The notes under the pieces are model-generated. The model was given only the letters and a program-made list of their open reading frames with translations, did no database searches and had not been told where the DNA came from. The position numbers were made by a program, and so were the translations under genes. Source: Setoptus koraiensis (Eukaryota; Animalia; Arthropoda). Taken from it: 64,000 nucleotides of DNA. The stretch is from positions 21,390,001-21,454,000 of the forward strand of contig CM106585.1 of the NCBI GenBank assembly GCA_048013815.1, given 5' to 3'. Numbering within the stretch: the stretch's first letter is position 1; each line of letters opens with the position of its first letter. Of the stretch, positions 12,601-25,935 are shown one piece after another.

Positions 12601-15600
12601 AGCGCCAATATCCGGCCATATCCTCGCGCCAGCTCTAAACTCGCCCCAAAGTCAGCCCAACTCGGCCTAAAGCCAGCCCAAACTCGGCCTAAACTAGCCC
12701 AAACGAGCCCAAAATGGCCCAAAATGGCCCGAACTGGCCCGAACTAGCTATCTTGCCCAGTGCTAGCCAGCCAGATAATATGTCGCTAGCGACACAGTCT
12801 CCAGTCTCCAGTGGCTCGGCCGGCGGAAGCTCTCTGCGGGCCCTCTGGTGGGCAGCACGTGCACAGCACGCGCAACTCGTTCGTAACGAGTGGCGGCTAC
12901 GGCGGATAACGAGGTGCCAACTGCTATGATAACAGCAGCAAACAGCAGCCGAGCTGTGAGCTCACACTCGCAGTCAGGGGCCCCCATTGTGGCGCATGTC
13001 GGCGCGTCAGGCTGCCAGGGGCCCCAGATCAGATGCCGCATGATGCCTAATAGTTGCTCAAACACTTGCCGTTGCTGCCGTAATGAGATAAGAGCGCCGA
13101 GGTCTTGTCAAAGGGCGTTGCCAGCGCCCACTTGCAGAGCGCCAACGTGAAGGGCAGAGGGCGCTTCTTGGGCCCTTTAATATATATGTATAACAGTATA
13201 TATCAAATTAGAGTGAGCCGAGTTAAAGTGTTCGTTCGCAGTGCAGACAGTGTGCACCAGGGTGTGCACCGGAGCACCATTACGGCCGCTGCCGGGCCCA
13301 CACTGGCCACCTAACGGTTGATTGGTGAATGTGTGTTATGCAAACAAGTAATTGTTGTATCTCATACTTATTACAATCAACGCGCAATATAATGTGTAAT
13401 ATACAAATTTGCGCTTGCCTACGCTCCCGCAAACACCTAGCTAGATACACCTTGCTCTTGCAGCTCCATCTATCTTGTCGGCTGGTCCCCCGTGCGCCCC
13501 GTCGCACGCTGACCCGCCAGTCTCCCGGGGTATTAATACATATTCACGTATTGATACATATTGCAGTGATGCATATTATACCTTTATGGCTCGGCATCAC
13601 GGTCAGCGGCGGCACGGCTCGTTATGCGCCTAGGTCCGTTTGCGCGCCCTCGCCAGAATAGGGCCCCGGCGAGTGCGTGGCCGACAGCTCTTAGCTGGCC
13701 CGTCATTGCGAGGGGCCAGCGCAAGTGGATTAGGCAAATTGTATTGACATTCAAGTAGCGCTCCGACAAGATTGATCGACCTTACCACTTTGGCGACGAA
13801 ACACTAATAGTAGTATTGATGACGGCCGCCAGTTTAGCTAGTCTGCCGTGCGGGCCAAATATTAAACTGGCGCCATGCTCAAACTGTAACCTTATGCCGC
13901 CCGACCGATCGGCAGCCGCATCGACTCGATGCCGTCGAGAGGAAATTTAAGTTGGGCTCCCTCTGTCGTCGAAACGGATGTGATTATGTGCTGGAAACAT
14001 AATACACACTTGCCGAAACAAACCGGCGCCATCGACGAACCGGCCATCAACTGCAGCAGCAGCAGCAGTGGACTCTGATTCGGGGGCCCCCCGCAACCAA
14101 AGATGGCGCCATAATGCTGCCGAGAGACGCTCGCAGCTTCGTGGCAGCGTGAGCGACTAATGGGGCTCGAGACCCGACGGCGAGGGGCGTCTCGATGATT
14201 AGGAATAAATATAATTATATAATTGCCGGGCTGGGCCGCGTTCGCTGGCCGCCATCAAAAGAAGCGCCCAGTTTAAAGTCATTATTGGATGGGTCCCAAT
14301 GGCAACAATGTTCACGCTTGCACGCTTGCATGAGGGGGCCCCTCTGACTTGCGCGGGGCCCCGCTGACGAGGCGATCGCTGGCGCGCTGTGATTGTTTCG
14401 CGCACAAAGTGATTTGGTTGCAACTTGCAAGGTTCGCCAACGATAATTAAGCCGGCCCCAGCCCCCCAGTCGCAAACGCCATGGCACACAATGGCTGCTG
14501 GAGATCGGGGGCCCGGTCGCGCCGATCACACGATCAAATTTCACCATGACCATAAACACCAAACACTGGCCTAGACACTGTGCGCGTTGAAGAGGCCGCC
14601 AGATTGTTATTAATGCCCGAATAGATTATTCAGATTAAATCTAGGCGGCGGGTCGGGCCGGTGGCCAGCGCAGGGCCCGATAACCGGGCGCTATAACAGT
14701 CAGTTTGATTGTCCGGGCCGCCGGCGAGTCAATGTAATTTGCCTAAGAAGCTCGCTGTTTATCGCCGCTTTTATCCGTGCCAGCCAGCCCGTTTTGCTGT
14801 GAGCTGCCAGCAACTATCGACTTGCCCGATCCGGTCGATAGTTGACTAGTTGGCAGCTAACGCAAACGGAGCCTCATGCAAAAATTGCCCTACTGGCCCC
14901 ATCGGCAGCAGGCCGGCAATTTAGCGCGCTGAGCAGTGCAATGGGGCCCGTGAGCCAGATAAGCCGGCCGGCCGGTCGGCCGGCCAGCCAGCAGACAACT
15001 GGCAGACAGCGATAACGATAAATGAAGGTGAGATCAATTCAATTTAGTGCAAACTGCCATTTTGATTATTACCATTCTCTCAAGCGGCGCGCTCCATCGA
15101 TCAGGTGTGCGATGAATAATTTGCCGGGCGGCTCGCCGGTTTGGCCCCAATTCGGCACTTGGCTAGCCTTTGGCGGGCTCGAAAGGTTGGGCCCTGTTGT
15201 GTTGGGGCCCAACCTTTTGGGCCCCACACACGGGCCGCCCGATACGCGGGCTGTAAGCGATCGCGTTATATTGTTTGCAGCTCGCGGGGCCCGCCAGGCA
15301 ACCGACTCTTACGTTTACTCACTGAATTTTGCTCAGCAGCAAAGTTTTCTGAAGCGCCAGTCGCCGGCGCCCAGTCAATTTGTAGTGCTTGAGGCTGCTA
15401 TTGATGGCCGGCGCAACCTTATTTATGCGCCTCAATAGCGCACATAGCGGACATAAATAAAGTGATCCCATCAAGCGATTTACAGCTGACCCAGCTCACC
15501 TGTAAATGGTTGGCTGTGCGGGCCGCTAGGTGGCCCGCAGGTAAACAATGGCCCCGTTGAGTGAGCACGCCGACAGTGCATTAACAGCAAAAGCGGCCGG

Positions 15601-17983
15601 ATCAGGAGTAAATTGGATCGGATAAAACGCAAGCGAGCACCCTTACAACGCCAATCTTACAAGTTATGGCAGACAATGCGTGTCCAATTGCGATATCAGC
15701 GCCCGATTGGGGCCCATAATGAAGCCATTATGAGCAATCTCTTGCCAGATATCTGGCGCTCCCAACAGCGCCCAATATGCCGGCAGTTGCGCTGTGAATA
15801 ACACCATTGTTGGGCTATTCGGGCCTCGTTATCGGCCTCACTGTGCGTCGAATACCTTGCTCCGGCCCGCAGTTTCTGACTTATCACTACAACTAACGAC
15901 TGCAACTATAGGTGGGCCCCGTATGCCAAACTTGATTCTTTGTGCTGCGCAGCGGATATATACTGGCGGGCCCCCGGTTCGGTCGATTTCGGAGGCCCGC
16001 CGTGGCAGCGCCATTTTGAAAATTAGAGCGGCTTGTTTTGAGGCCACTCTGAGACTTGTACTACCCGCGCTCGTATTGTTGCCGCTAATTTTGTCCCGCT
16101 GCTGCCGGCGACAAAAGTTTGCCCCGAATGAGAAACTTGATGGCAACTGAGAGCTGACACTTTTTCGCATTCAAACACGGCGACCTCTCGCGAATTCGCT
16201 GTGTTTGTTGGTTTATAAAATGCAAATTATGCACTTGTGCCCCATTCTCGAATTGAATTGCGCAAACAATTTAGCCGATCGGCCGATTGCTCTCTTCCTG
16301 CTCCCGCTCCCTCACACGATAATCCGCGCGCATACAAACAGCCAGCCAGTTTATTTTGCAACATTCGGCCCGGGCCGGCCCGGCCCGCCAAAATCGTGCT
16401 GTGAATAATAAGTAATGTCACATTAAGTGAGCGAGAGTGTGCACTTGCGATTGAGCCCTCCAACTCCCGACGCTCCCACTGCCCAACTCTCCCACTGGCC
16501 GAGGCTCCCGTTGCCGACTCTCTCGTCGCCGACTCTCCCACTGGCCGACTCTCCCATTGCCGAGTCCGCCGACTGCGAAGAGCAAACTCTGGAGTGCGGA
16601 CGGTGCAACCGTCGGGCATGGAATCGAGCGAAACAATCGCGCCAAGACGCAGTTGCAAACACAAAAACTGCGACCAGATGAACGGGCCCGCTGGTCGCCC
16701 CATTTCGGCCCGCTCGCGTCGGCCCGCTCAGGGTCGCCCGCCGCCCACTGTGAGCTGGGCACCGCCGAAACGGCAGTGGCGCCCCTTCCACTCATTTTCA
16801 CTAATCACTCACTCATGTCCGGTATGGCACCGCTGGCTGGCGCTCGTGGCCCACGTCGCGTCGAGCGGCCGGCTTGTGACTGGACTGTCAAGCTGGCGGC
16901 CACAATGGTGTCGCAACACGGCGGACATAGCGGACATTGCGGACACTGCGGACATTGCGGAAGTGGCGGCGGCCCGACTGTTGGCGTGTCTCGGCCAGTT
17001 GTTGTTGGCGCGCACTGACCGGCCGACCGGTTGTTGGGCTGGCTCGCCAATTGTCAAGCGCGCGTTTCAGTTTATAATTTTAAGTCGTCGTGTGTCTATT
17101 GAGTGAGTCGACGACAACCGCATTGAGTGTGTGTGTGTGTGTGTGTTGCGTAATAAACGGTAAATCACGCAAAAATAACGCCATTGTGTGTGCAAGCGAA
17201 CGTGAGATATAAACAACGACGGCTCTGTCCTCTGTCCGCTGTCGGCTGTGACCGCTCTTAGCTCGGGCCGCTCGCCTCGGCGAGCCCGCCGCGGCGGCCT
17301 TCGGACGGCGAGCGGCCGGTCCGCTCGAACAAATGAGAGTGTGGCCACAGAGGCCACAATTTATGGCTGGCACGGGCCTGGCGCAAACAAGGATCATGGC
17401 ATTATATGTTGTCACTTTCTAGTGTTAGTTCCGTCCACTGGTTCGCGCTCGTGCCCGCCACTGGGTCAAGGATCGCCGCCGGGCCGCCAGGCCAAGCTCG
17501 TTACTGGGGCCGCGTAACCGTTCCATTTTAGTGTGGGCCTGCGCTGCAGTGTGTCGCCCCCACTTGGCCGTATCCGCTGGCTGGATATTTATATCCAACC
17601 AGCGGATGTATGTGCGTGTAAGTCGGGACAACAACAATCGTCACAGCGGCAATATGCGCCCAGCAAACAGTTAGCGGCGAGCTTTATTCAAAGTGCTGCC
17701 AAACAAACTGGCCCCACGGATAAATGCGTAACCCGCTGGCGCACGGTGTTACTTAGTGGCATGTTGTGTCAGATTGCTGTCAGCTGTTGGCTGTAATCGT
17801 TTGCTGGTTGCAAGCGATGCGAGCTGGGGCCCGCGAAAGTTGGGGCCGGCAAAAGTTGGGGCCGAGCGGACAATCTGCTGGCAACAACTGGCCAGCGGAT
17901 GAGCGAGCAGCGCTGAAAACAATTGCAACTTTATTTGCATATTTGAATTGTTGTCCGCTCACAGCGAGCATTGTTGTTGTCAC

Positions 17984-17985
<2 letters not shown>

Positions 17986-18051
<66 letters not shown>
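17986..18051. repeat. (TG)33 microsatellite
   Basis: Uninterrupted TG run. Confidence 0.98.
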
Positions 18052-18053
<2 letters not shown>

Positions 18054-18197
18054 CCTCATCTCAATAGTGTTTTTGTTGTGAGCAGTACAATGATACAACA
18101 CACACACACACACACAATGTTTATTGTGTGCGGCCACTATTGCGTCATTGGATCAATCACGCAAAGCGCTGGCAGTGACGAGTGTCAGTTGCACAAA

Positions 18198-18334
18198 CAG
18201 CCACGACAGCGCCGACAACAACAACGACGACAACGACGACAACGACAACAACAACAACTGCAACAACAGCAGCCACGACAGCAACAACAGCGACAACAAC
18301 AACAACAACAGCAGCGACAACAACTGCAACAACA
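18198..18334. repeat. Compound (CAA/CAG/CGA)n trinucleotide microsatellite
   Basis: Directly visible; gives spurious polyQ/polyN/polyC/polyL ORFs in several frames. Confidence 0.9.
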
Positions 18335-20061
18335 AAGCGAAAGTGAGCAAATCAAGAGCGCGGTCACGTTATTAAAACAACTCTGACAGCGCCCATCGCG
18401 GTGGCTTTAAGCTTTTTGTTGGGCATTTGCGGCCAGCGAGCGCGGCGCGGAGCGGCGCCGTGTCCGGCCTGTTTGGCTCGAATAAATACAAACAACTTTT
18501 GCTTTTTGCTGGCCTCTTTGCGCCCCTGGGCCACTTTTCATTGGCCGCAGTGGCCGCAGCGGCCACCGAGTGACGGTCAGACGGATAAACTAAATCTCGG
18601 CGCCGACAACAATACTGTCACTTTCATTAATTTCCAAGCAAAGCCACCACTCAGCGCCCGTGTAAACTATTATGTAACGCCAGATAATGTGTCCGAGGGC
18701 CCCATCACGGGCCCACTGAATAGCCGCTGCAGGGGCGCTGCATGGCCGGCGAATAGTTGGCTGGCGGCGAGTGTTTGTGCGCGACACGCCAACTAAGTTA
18801 TCAAAACTGAGTTATTTCAACGCAGCCACTTGCTGGCCGCTGAATCGCCGGCCGCCAAATCGCCGGCCGCCAAATCGCTGGCCGGCAAGCCCAACACACA
18901 GCAAGTGGGGCCCATCTATCGCGACACTAATAGGTCGCTCTAGGTAGCGCCAGCGGGGACCTGATACACATACAATTGGCTCATTTTAATCCAATTATGA
19001 CTTGGCCACTCGCCACTTGGCGGCCGGCGCTGATACGGCCACCGTTTTGTAGCTACACAATAAGTGATACAATGATTCAATGATGGCACGCCAGCCTGGC
19101 CGACACAATGCCAAAAGTGTCTCTTTAGCGACTGGCCCTGCGCTCGCTTGGGGCCCTCTGCCGGGCCGGGCCTCTTTGGGGCTTTTTGGGGCCAGCCACT
19201 CAAAAAAGCGAGCGGCTCCGCTGCGGCGCGTCAAGGTGTTGCACGCATATGGGCCGCGAGCGGGCTTTTGGGGGCCTGCGCGCTTCGTTGGGCACCGCTC
19301 GTCAGTGCCCTCTGTTTGCCGCCCGACCGGCGGCCGGACTCGGGCGGCGGCCGGCCGCGAAATCGGGCCGGTGCGCACTCGGTCAGCGGACGGGCCAGCG
19401 AGCGGGCGGATAATGTATAATTTAAAGTAAATAAGGCCGTTTGTTGGACTGGCGAGCGGTTTGTTTTGGCGCTGGCAAGACTCGACAACTGGCGACTTAC
19501 GCCGCTGCACTCACTGTCCGAATCGATCGCCCCTTGCCAGCGGCTGTGCCGTCTGTTGTTGCTGTGGTTGTTGTTGTTGTTGCCTTGGTTGTTGTTGCCT
19601 TTGTTGCTGTTGTTGCTGTTGTTGCCGTTGTTGCGCCAGTGTGGCCGTTGTTGTCGCCGGCAAAAGCGGCACAACCGCTTAGACTATTTAGCGCACTTAT
19701 AAATAGCCAGCTTGACACATATGGCTTATGCAATACACATAAATATCATGATTGCGCCACAGAGTAGATAACTACAAATAGAGCCCCACTCGCTCGACAA
19801 TGACGCCACTAGGCACGAATGTCTGTGCAACGCACACGCACACACTCCGTTAAGTGTGCAACTCAGTGCTCTCAGTGGGCCCCAGAGGCCAGTCGGGGCC
19901 CCACTTAGAATTATCAAATTATCTCACGCGCGCCCAGGTCTCAAGGGCGCGCGCGCGAGCCAATCCAATCTGCATACATGATGATGATGATGACGATGCA
20001 ATTGTTTTACAAACAACAACGGCTACCTCTTATCAGGCTCAATTATGTAATAGAATGTCGC

Positions 20062-20073
20062 CGTTGTTGTTGT

Positions 20074-20148
<75 letters not shown>

Positions 20149-20199
20149 CGCTGTTGTCGCTGTTGTCGCTGTTGTTGCTGTCGTGGCTGTTGTTGTTGC
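20062..20199. repeat. Compound (TTG/CTG)n microsatellite
   Basis: Directly visible; shares a 29-nt segment, in inverted orientation, with the array at 18270-18298. Confidence 0.9.
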
Positions 20200-20902
20200 C
20201 GCGCTGGCCAAATATGCTTGCACACGCCATTTGAGCCATTTGAGCGTCTGGGCCAATTCAAATTACGACACTTTCCATTCGGGAGCGCGCGCCAGTGAGC
20301 GCCGTTGGGTTCCATGCGGGCTCCATGCGGGCTCCATGCAGGCTCTATTTGGGGCCCGATGGGGCCCACAGGAGGCCCGCGAAACCCGGCGGAACGTTGT
20401 GGCGCACGGTTAATCGTGGCGCATACTGACGAGCCAACTTTGTCATGATACAACTTTGAATACGGCGCTGTCACAGCACATTGAGCACTTGTGAGTGGGC
20501 CTCCAACGGCGCGCCCTCTCTAAGACATTATCCAATATTCGGGCGGCTGATAGTGGGCGGCTGCCGCAGACGCGGGGCCCATCAATTCATGGGCGCGATT
20601 TGTGCCGTCAGCCGTGCGACCAGCGCGCTGTCATGAACGACATTTTCCATCGACAGCTTAACGCAAAGTTTGAGTTAAGCTGTCGCTGGAAAATGTCGAT
20701 GAAGAGGCCCACAAGTCACTTGATACCAGAGTGCCAAAACGCCTAGGCGCCGACGCGCCGAAACGCCAAAACGCCAAAACGCCAAAACGCCAAAATGTCA
20801 AACTGCCGAAATGCCCTCAATTGAGCTTTTGCCGGCAGCGTGGCCAGCTCTTACAATGCTCCCGCTAATAACAGTTTGTCTCTGGCAGAAAGTGTCTGGC
20901 AG

Positions 20903-21004
20903 CCGTCGGACGGACCCAAACCGTCGGACGGACCCAAACCGTCGGACGGACCCAAACCGTCGGACGGACCCAAACCGTCGGACGGACCCAAACCGTCGGA
21001 CGGA
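20903..21004. repeat. 18-bp perfect tandem repeat (CCGTCGGACGGACCCAAA) x~5.7
   Basis: Five perfect units plus 12 nt. Confidence 0.97.
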
Positions 21005-22472
21005 GCCCAAACCGACCGATTGAGGGCCGACGCTGAGCTGATCTAATCAACAACTCTAATGGGCTCGACATGATCAGCACTGTCTAGACTCTGCACCTAA
21101 TCTAAATGCTGATCAATCACGATTTGGTCAGTGTGTCCGGCCGGAGCATTGTGCTGGCACAATAAGGCACGACAAATGCAACACTGTCACCTGTTCGACA
21201 GTGACAGTGTCCGGCCAGCAACAACAACAACAACCACAAGTCGGCCAGTAGATGGCACGCCGACTTGTTGTTGTTGGCGCGTATTGTTGTGTCGGCCGAC
21301 TCGTCTCTGACTGACAGCGGCCGCAAGCGGTCACGTGGGCCTCACGGCTGTCAGACGAGCTCGCAAACAAACAACCAACAGCCAGGTACAACAAATACAA
21401 ATCGAACCCCAATAACGGCAACAGCAACGACAACGGCGACAACAACGACAACGGCGACTTTTGCGCGCCAACTCCAACGTTGCGGCCGCGGCGCACTTTA
21501 TGTGTCAGCCAGTGACGCGAGGTGCGTGTCTTAAATTTGCTGAAGCCCCCGGCGACCATCGACCAGCGGCCCCCTGTTGTCATTAGAGCGGTCAATAACA
21601 TCATCGTATTGCGTAATGTGAGCCATTGTCTGAGCGAGCGCTGGCAAAGTGGCACGTCGCCGCGATCCTCTGGCCGTCAGAGTCTGGCCGTCAGAGTCTG
21701 ACCGTCAGAGTCTGGCCGTCAGAGTGGCCCGCAACACGCTTACGTCGGCAGGGGTCAATTGTCGGCGGGCCCCAATTGTCGGCTCGCTGGCCAGCGACAG
21801 GCCGATACGTGCCCGATATCTGGCCCATATCAGACCGATATCTGGCGTGCATCGGGGACATTATCTGATTGCCAGCGATATGTGCCAGGCATCTGTTATA
21901 TTGGCGACCTGATCGGGGCCACTCGCTCGCGGGGCCCCCCGATCCGCGTGTTTCAGTGCGTGCTCGTAGCCGGCATTTTGCTGGTTTTTTGCTGGCTAAC
22001 GACAACAGTGCCTGGCTATGCAGCATACGGCCGAACGCAGCCACATCAAGTGCACAAAATGGCCAGCATTCGCAATGAACTCTGGCCCCCAATGAAAAAT
22101 ACACAAATCCTAAATGGCCGATAAGTGGATCTGTGTGGGCTGGCCTCAGCATCAAATTTTTGCTGTTGAGCCGACTGCTCGCCAGGTGACTTGAGTGAGT
22201 CAAGTTGAGTGGCCAGTGTGCAGTCATACAAATCGGTGCGCAAATTTAATCACATCGCTCGCATGTCATACTCTTATCGTCGCCATCTCTCGTCTAATAT
22301 CTTATCGCCGATATCGCCGACACCGCCGATATCGGATAAAATCGGATCCAGCGAGCGGCCAGCGATCCAGCGAGCGGCGATCTCTCTGGGGCCCCGCCAG
22401 CCAAACAGAGACTGGGCGCAATCAACCTGCAAACCAATAAATCACACGTCGGATTGAATTTGCATACCGACC

Positions 22473-22536
22473 TTTGCGTTCGAGTTTGCGTTCGAGTTTG
22501 CGTTCGAGTTTGCGTTCGAGTTTGCGTTTGAGTTTG
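22473..22536. repeat. 12-bp tandem repeat (TTTGCGTTCGAG) x~5.3
   Basis: Directly visible. Confidence 0.95.
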
Positions 22537-24204
22537 GGGGGCGCATCCTCTAATTCGAGTCGCGCTCTGCATCACAGTCCACCGGCCGAAACAATCCGAC
22601 AATCCGCTCCACCTCCACATAGCCAGCTCGATATAGCGCCATCTAGTCAGACCCGAACAATGGATAAACTGTTTGATTGGCTCAGTTTGAGGTTTGAGAG
22701 GCGCAAACCGATTCAAACCGCCGGCGCCAAATTCGTGCTGCCATGACCCCAGCGAGAGCACGACAAATTGATGCGTTTCGGAATTAAAAATGAATGATCG
22801 CAGAGAGCGAAAAAACAAGACGAGTGTCCGCATCATTCGCCGGCTGACTCGGCCAACTGGCGGTGAAAATGGGCAAAATGATGCCGGCAAATATGCAAAT
22901 ATGAGCACATACACACACACACTAAGAGTCTTGATAATTAATTGGCGCCTGGGGGCGTTCAAGACAGCGCACTTATGGCGCACTTGCTGTATAATTTATA
23001 TTATACACATTGTATAATATGTGCAACGTATAATATATACAATGTATAGCATAACAGGCCCCATTAAAAGGCTCACCGAACCGTAATCAATTTAGCAGTG
23101 ATTTTATTAGCAATAGTGGGATTAACTGCCGCTGGCTTGTGTCATTGTCGGCTGTTATCGGCCTATCGATTCATTCACTATCGATTGTTAGGGATTTATT
23201 ATATAATATGGTCACACAAGATGTTATAATGAATCTCGAGCTCGCATTTACGTCAGTCACAAACAACAAAATAAATTGTCGAAGCTTGCGAATTGCTAGC
23301 CCTAACTGGCTAACAATGCTTTATGCAATGTAAGGCAATTTATTTTCAGGTAGCGCGTTGCCTGTACGTGCCCAAACAAATGCTTGGCTCAAGCCCAAGC
23401 CGACGCTTGCAACTTCCGGTTTTGCTTGGTCGATTAAGCGCGGCAACATTTAGTTGATTTTTGTGCCGTTATTACCGGTATGTCGTTATTATGTCCTTGT
23501 TGCGTCGTCATTTGTGTCGCTTGCCATGGCATGGGCGAAAATAAGACTTTTGTTTTAGAAACAACTAAGAAATGGTCACACAATTTCATCTAATTCATGA
23601 ACTCTGGCTTGGAATTGCTTTTGTAAACAGGGCGAAAAAACAGGGTCAAGAGTATACACAGTTAGTACAGAGTACTTATGGACCAGAAAACTGCGAATTA
23701 CGACAAGACTCACTGCAATCGGCGAACTGATTAAAATGATTGATATCAATATAATGAGTCTAACAAACTATCATGGTGACGCAATTTGCAACTGCAGCCT
23801 AGGGCCACTTGTCCTCAAGCAAAATAAAATGAAAAATAAATAATTGTAATATTTTTATTGTAGCATGTCGCTCTGATCGGAGACGACCGTTATTTTTCGC
23901 AACGTCTGTGGCATAGAAATTCTGTTGTAGAATGAGGTCGGTTTTGTGAAGGAAACCCAACAATGGACTCATGGCGAGCTTGCCACTATGGTTGTTCTGA
24001 CTCGGATTGGGAGTCAGAATCGGAGATAATCGGCAAATGTCATGTTTCGCCCTTGGCTGATCTCGACGGATCTCGGATAATCTTTTGAGAGATGATCATC
24101 TCGTGGCAAAACAAATCTTGTGGCGCTCTCTGGAGCGACAATAGCCGTTTTATTGCTGGCGATGGTTGGAATAAAATCAAATGGCCCAATGAATATTGGA
24201 TATC

Positions 24205-25516
24205 TCATACTGTATGAATCACACACAAGTATATTACACAAGTATATTACACTTGCAAGTATTGTGCTTATGTAATATACGATATGCAATATTTGTCTAC
24301 ACAAATTTGCTTATGTTGTCGGTTACAAGTTAAATATGTTGCATATGTTAAATATGTTGTATGCAAATGTGTCTATTTGCATATAGATTTTGGTTATAAG
24401 TTGGTTTTTGGGGTTGAACTTACGTGCATCAAACGAATGTCGCATGGCCGAATGCATGGTTGAGTCTATGGAGGGCCTCATGCTAGACAGTCGACCGAAC
24501 AGGCTAATGTCGGCCCACGAGGCCCGATGACCGCCAACGAGGGGCGGTTGCGTGTATAATCCGATGAGGTGGGGCGGTATAAGTTCGTGATTGAGGCCGG
24601 TGAATGCGTATGAGCCCGTAGAGCCGCTTGTGTCTAACATAATGCCCGATTGTAGGAACAATTGTGACATTCTTCTGCCGTCGATACCCCGCTGATCAAA
24701 CAGCGGATGTTGGCCACCGCCCATGGGCAGCGACAATGTGGGCCCGTCGTGTTGATTGTCTGCTTGCTGGTCTTCGTGTGAGCCTTGAGTGGCGCTGGAC
24801 AGCGATTGCTGATGATGAAACAATCTTTTTGCTAGCTGATTGTGATGAAGAACGCCCGATATTGAGCTTAATCTGGCGCGAAATTTCGCCGAGCCATGTT
24901 CTGAGGCCCGCGACGCTGCTGCTGTTGCCGCAGCCGCCGTTGTTGCCGCCGCTGTTGTGGTGGGCACCGCAATTGTGGCGGCGGTCGTTGCACTATTATC
25001 ACTTGTTGTTGATTGTTGTTGTTGCTGCTGCTGTTGCTGTTGTTGATGTTGCTGTTGTTGTTTGGTGTCGCCACTACTTTGGCTGGTTGCGTCATCGTGC
25101 TGACGTGACGACGCCAACGAGCTGGCGCCGCCCGCCTGAGCGCCCGAGCCCGGCATTGGGCCGGACCCTTGAGCGGACTGTGCGGCTTGAGCGGACTGTG
25201 CGGACTCTTCTCGGTCGGATTCAATGGTGGAGCGATGCTGCTGCTGATGCTGTTGCTGTTGCCGCGCGCTGCCGCTTGCCGGCGCCCCTAACTGACGCCG
25301 CTGCTGCTGATGATTAACGCTGCTGCTGGGGCCCGTCGACAGCGAACCCGACGACGTCGACGAATTTTGTATAATGTTGAACGGCTGGTTGTGACTCTGA
25401 CTGCGACTGTTGTTGTTGTAACCGCTAGGTGTCTTGATATAAACACTGTCATGCTTGTGCATTCCATCGGGCAGATCATTGTCAGTGTCGTGGTTCCACG
25501 ACACATTGCGCCACAT
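24205..25516 (-). CDS. Uncharacterised Q/S/A-rich low-complexity protein. Main exon 25516-24424 (364 codons + 1 nt); best nearby acceptor at 24210 gives ...HSFDAL-stop
   Basis: 397-codon ORF with a non-repetitive N-terminus (MWRNVSWNHDTDND...) and C-terminal part (RRMSQLFLQSG...HRASWADISLFGRLSS). There is a strong donor GCAC|GTAAGT at 24424/24423, after which the sequence turns AT-rich. The downstream exon structure is uncertain. Confidence 0.65.
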
Positions 25517-25891
25517 TACAGCTCAGCGTGTGTGTGTGTGTGTGTCTGTGCACACACTCGTGCCAGCCAAGCAACGTCGTACGTTACGTAATATGACGTA
25601 TTACGTGGCTGCAGCGCGTGGCAGCCACTCAAGTACGTGCCAGCGCAACGTGCCAGAAGCAAACGATGACGACGCAGCACAAACGCCAGACAGTAGCCAG
25701 CGCCACTAACAGCTAGTGCCAATAACTGCTGCTTTGAACGATTAACACTAGACACTAGCGACAAACGCCTACAACTGGGGCCGCTCGCGTGGGGGCGCTG
25801 CTCGCGCTCACTGTCGGCGTGCGTGTGTGTGTGTGTGTGCGCGCGCGCTCAGCTGAGCGGTGTCATATTATGCAACAGAGGACGTGTTTTA

Positions 25892-25897
25892 GCGCGC

Positions 25898-25934
<37 letters not shown>
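25892..25934. repeat. (GC)n(TG)n alternating purine-pyrimidine tract
   Basis: 43 nt of unbroken R/Y alternation about 380-420 bp upstream of the ATG at 25516. Confidence 0.9.

Positions 25935-25935
<1 letters not shown>

Noticed and set aside
12481-12747. ORF with a signal-peptide-like start (MMWRPLCLLS...)
   Set aside because: Its second half is a degenerate tandem repeat, with no splice or homology support.
17766-20474. PolyQ, polyC, polyL and polyT ORFs (e.g. 17766-18386, 19854-20234, 19978-20298)
   Set aside because: They are translations of microsatellites that are open in several frames on both strands.
20903-21004. CRISPR-like regular repeats (also 29463-29610)
   Set aside because: Units are directly adjacent or alternate between two fixed subunits. 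There are no unique spacers and no cas genes, and the context is eukaryotic.
24014-24040. FADYLRF resembling an FMRFamide-like peptide
   Set aside because: It is followed directly by a stop with no amidation Gly, and there is no signal peptide.
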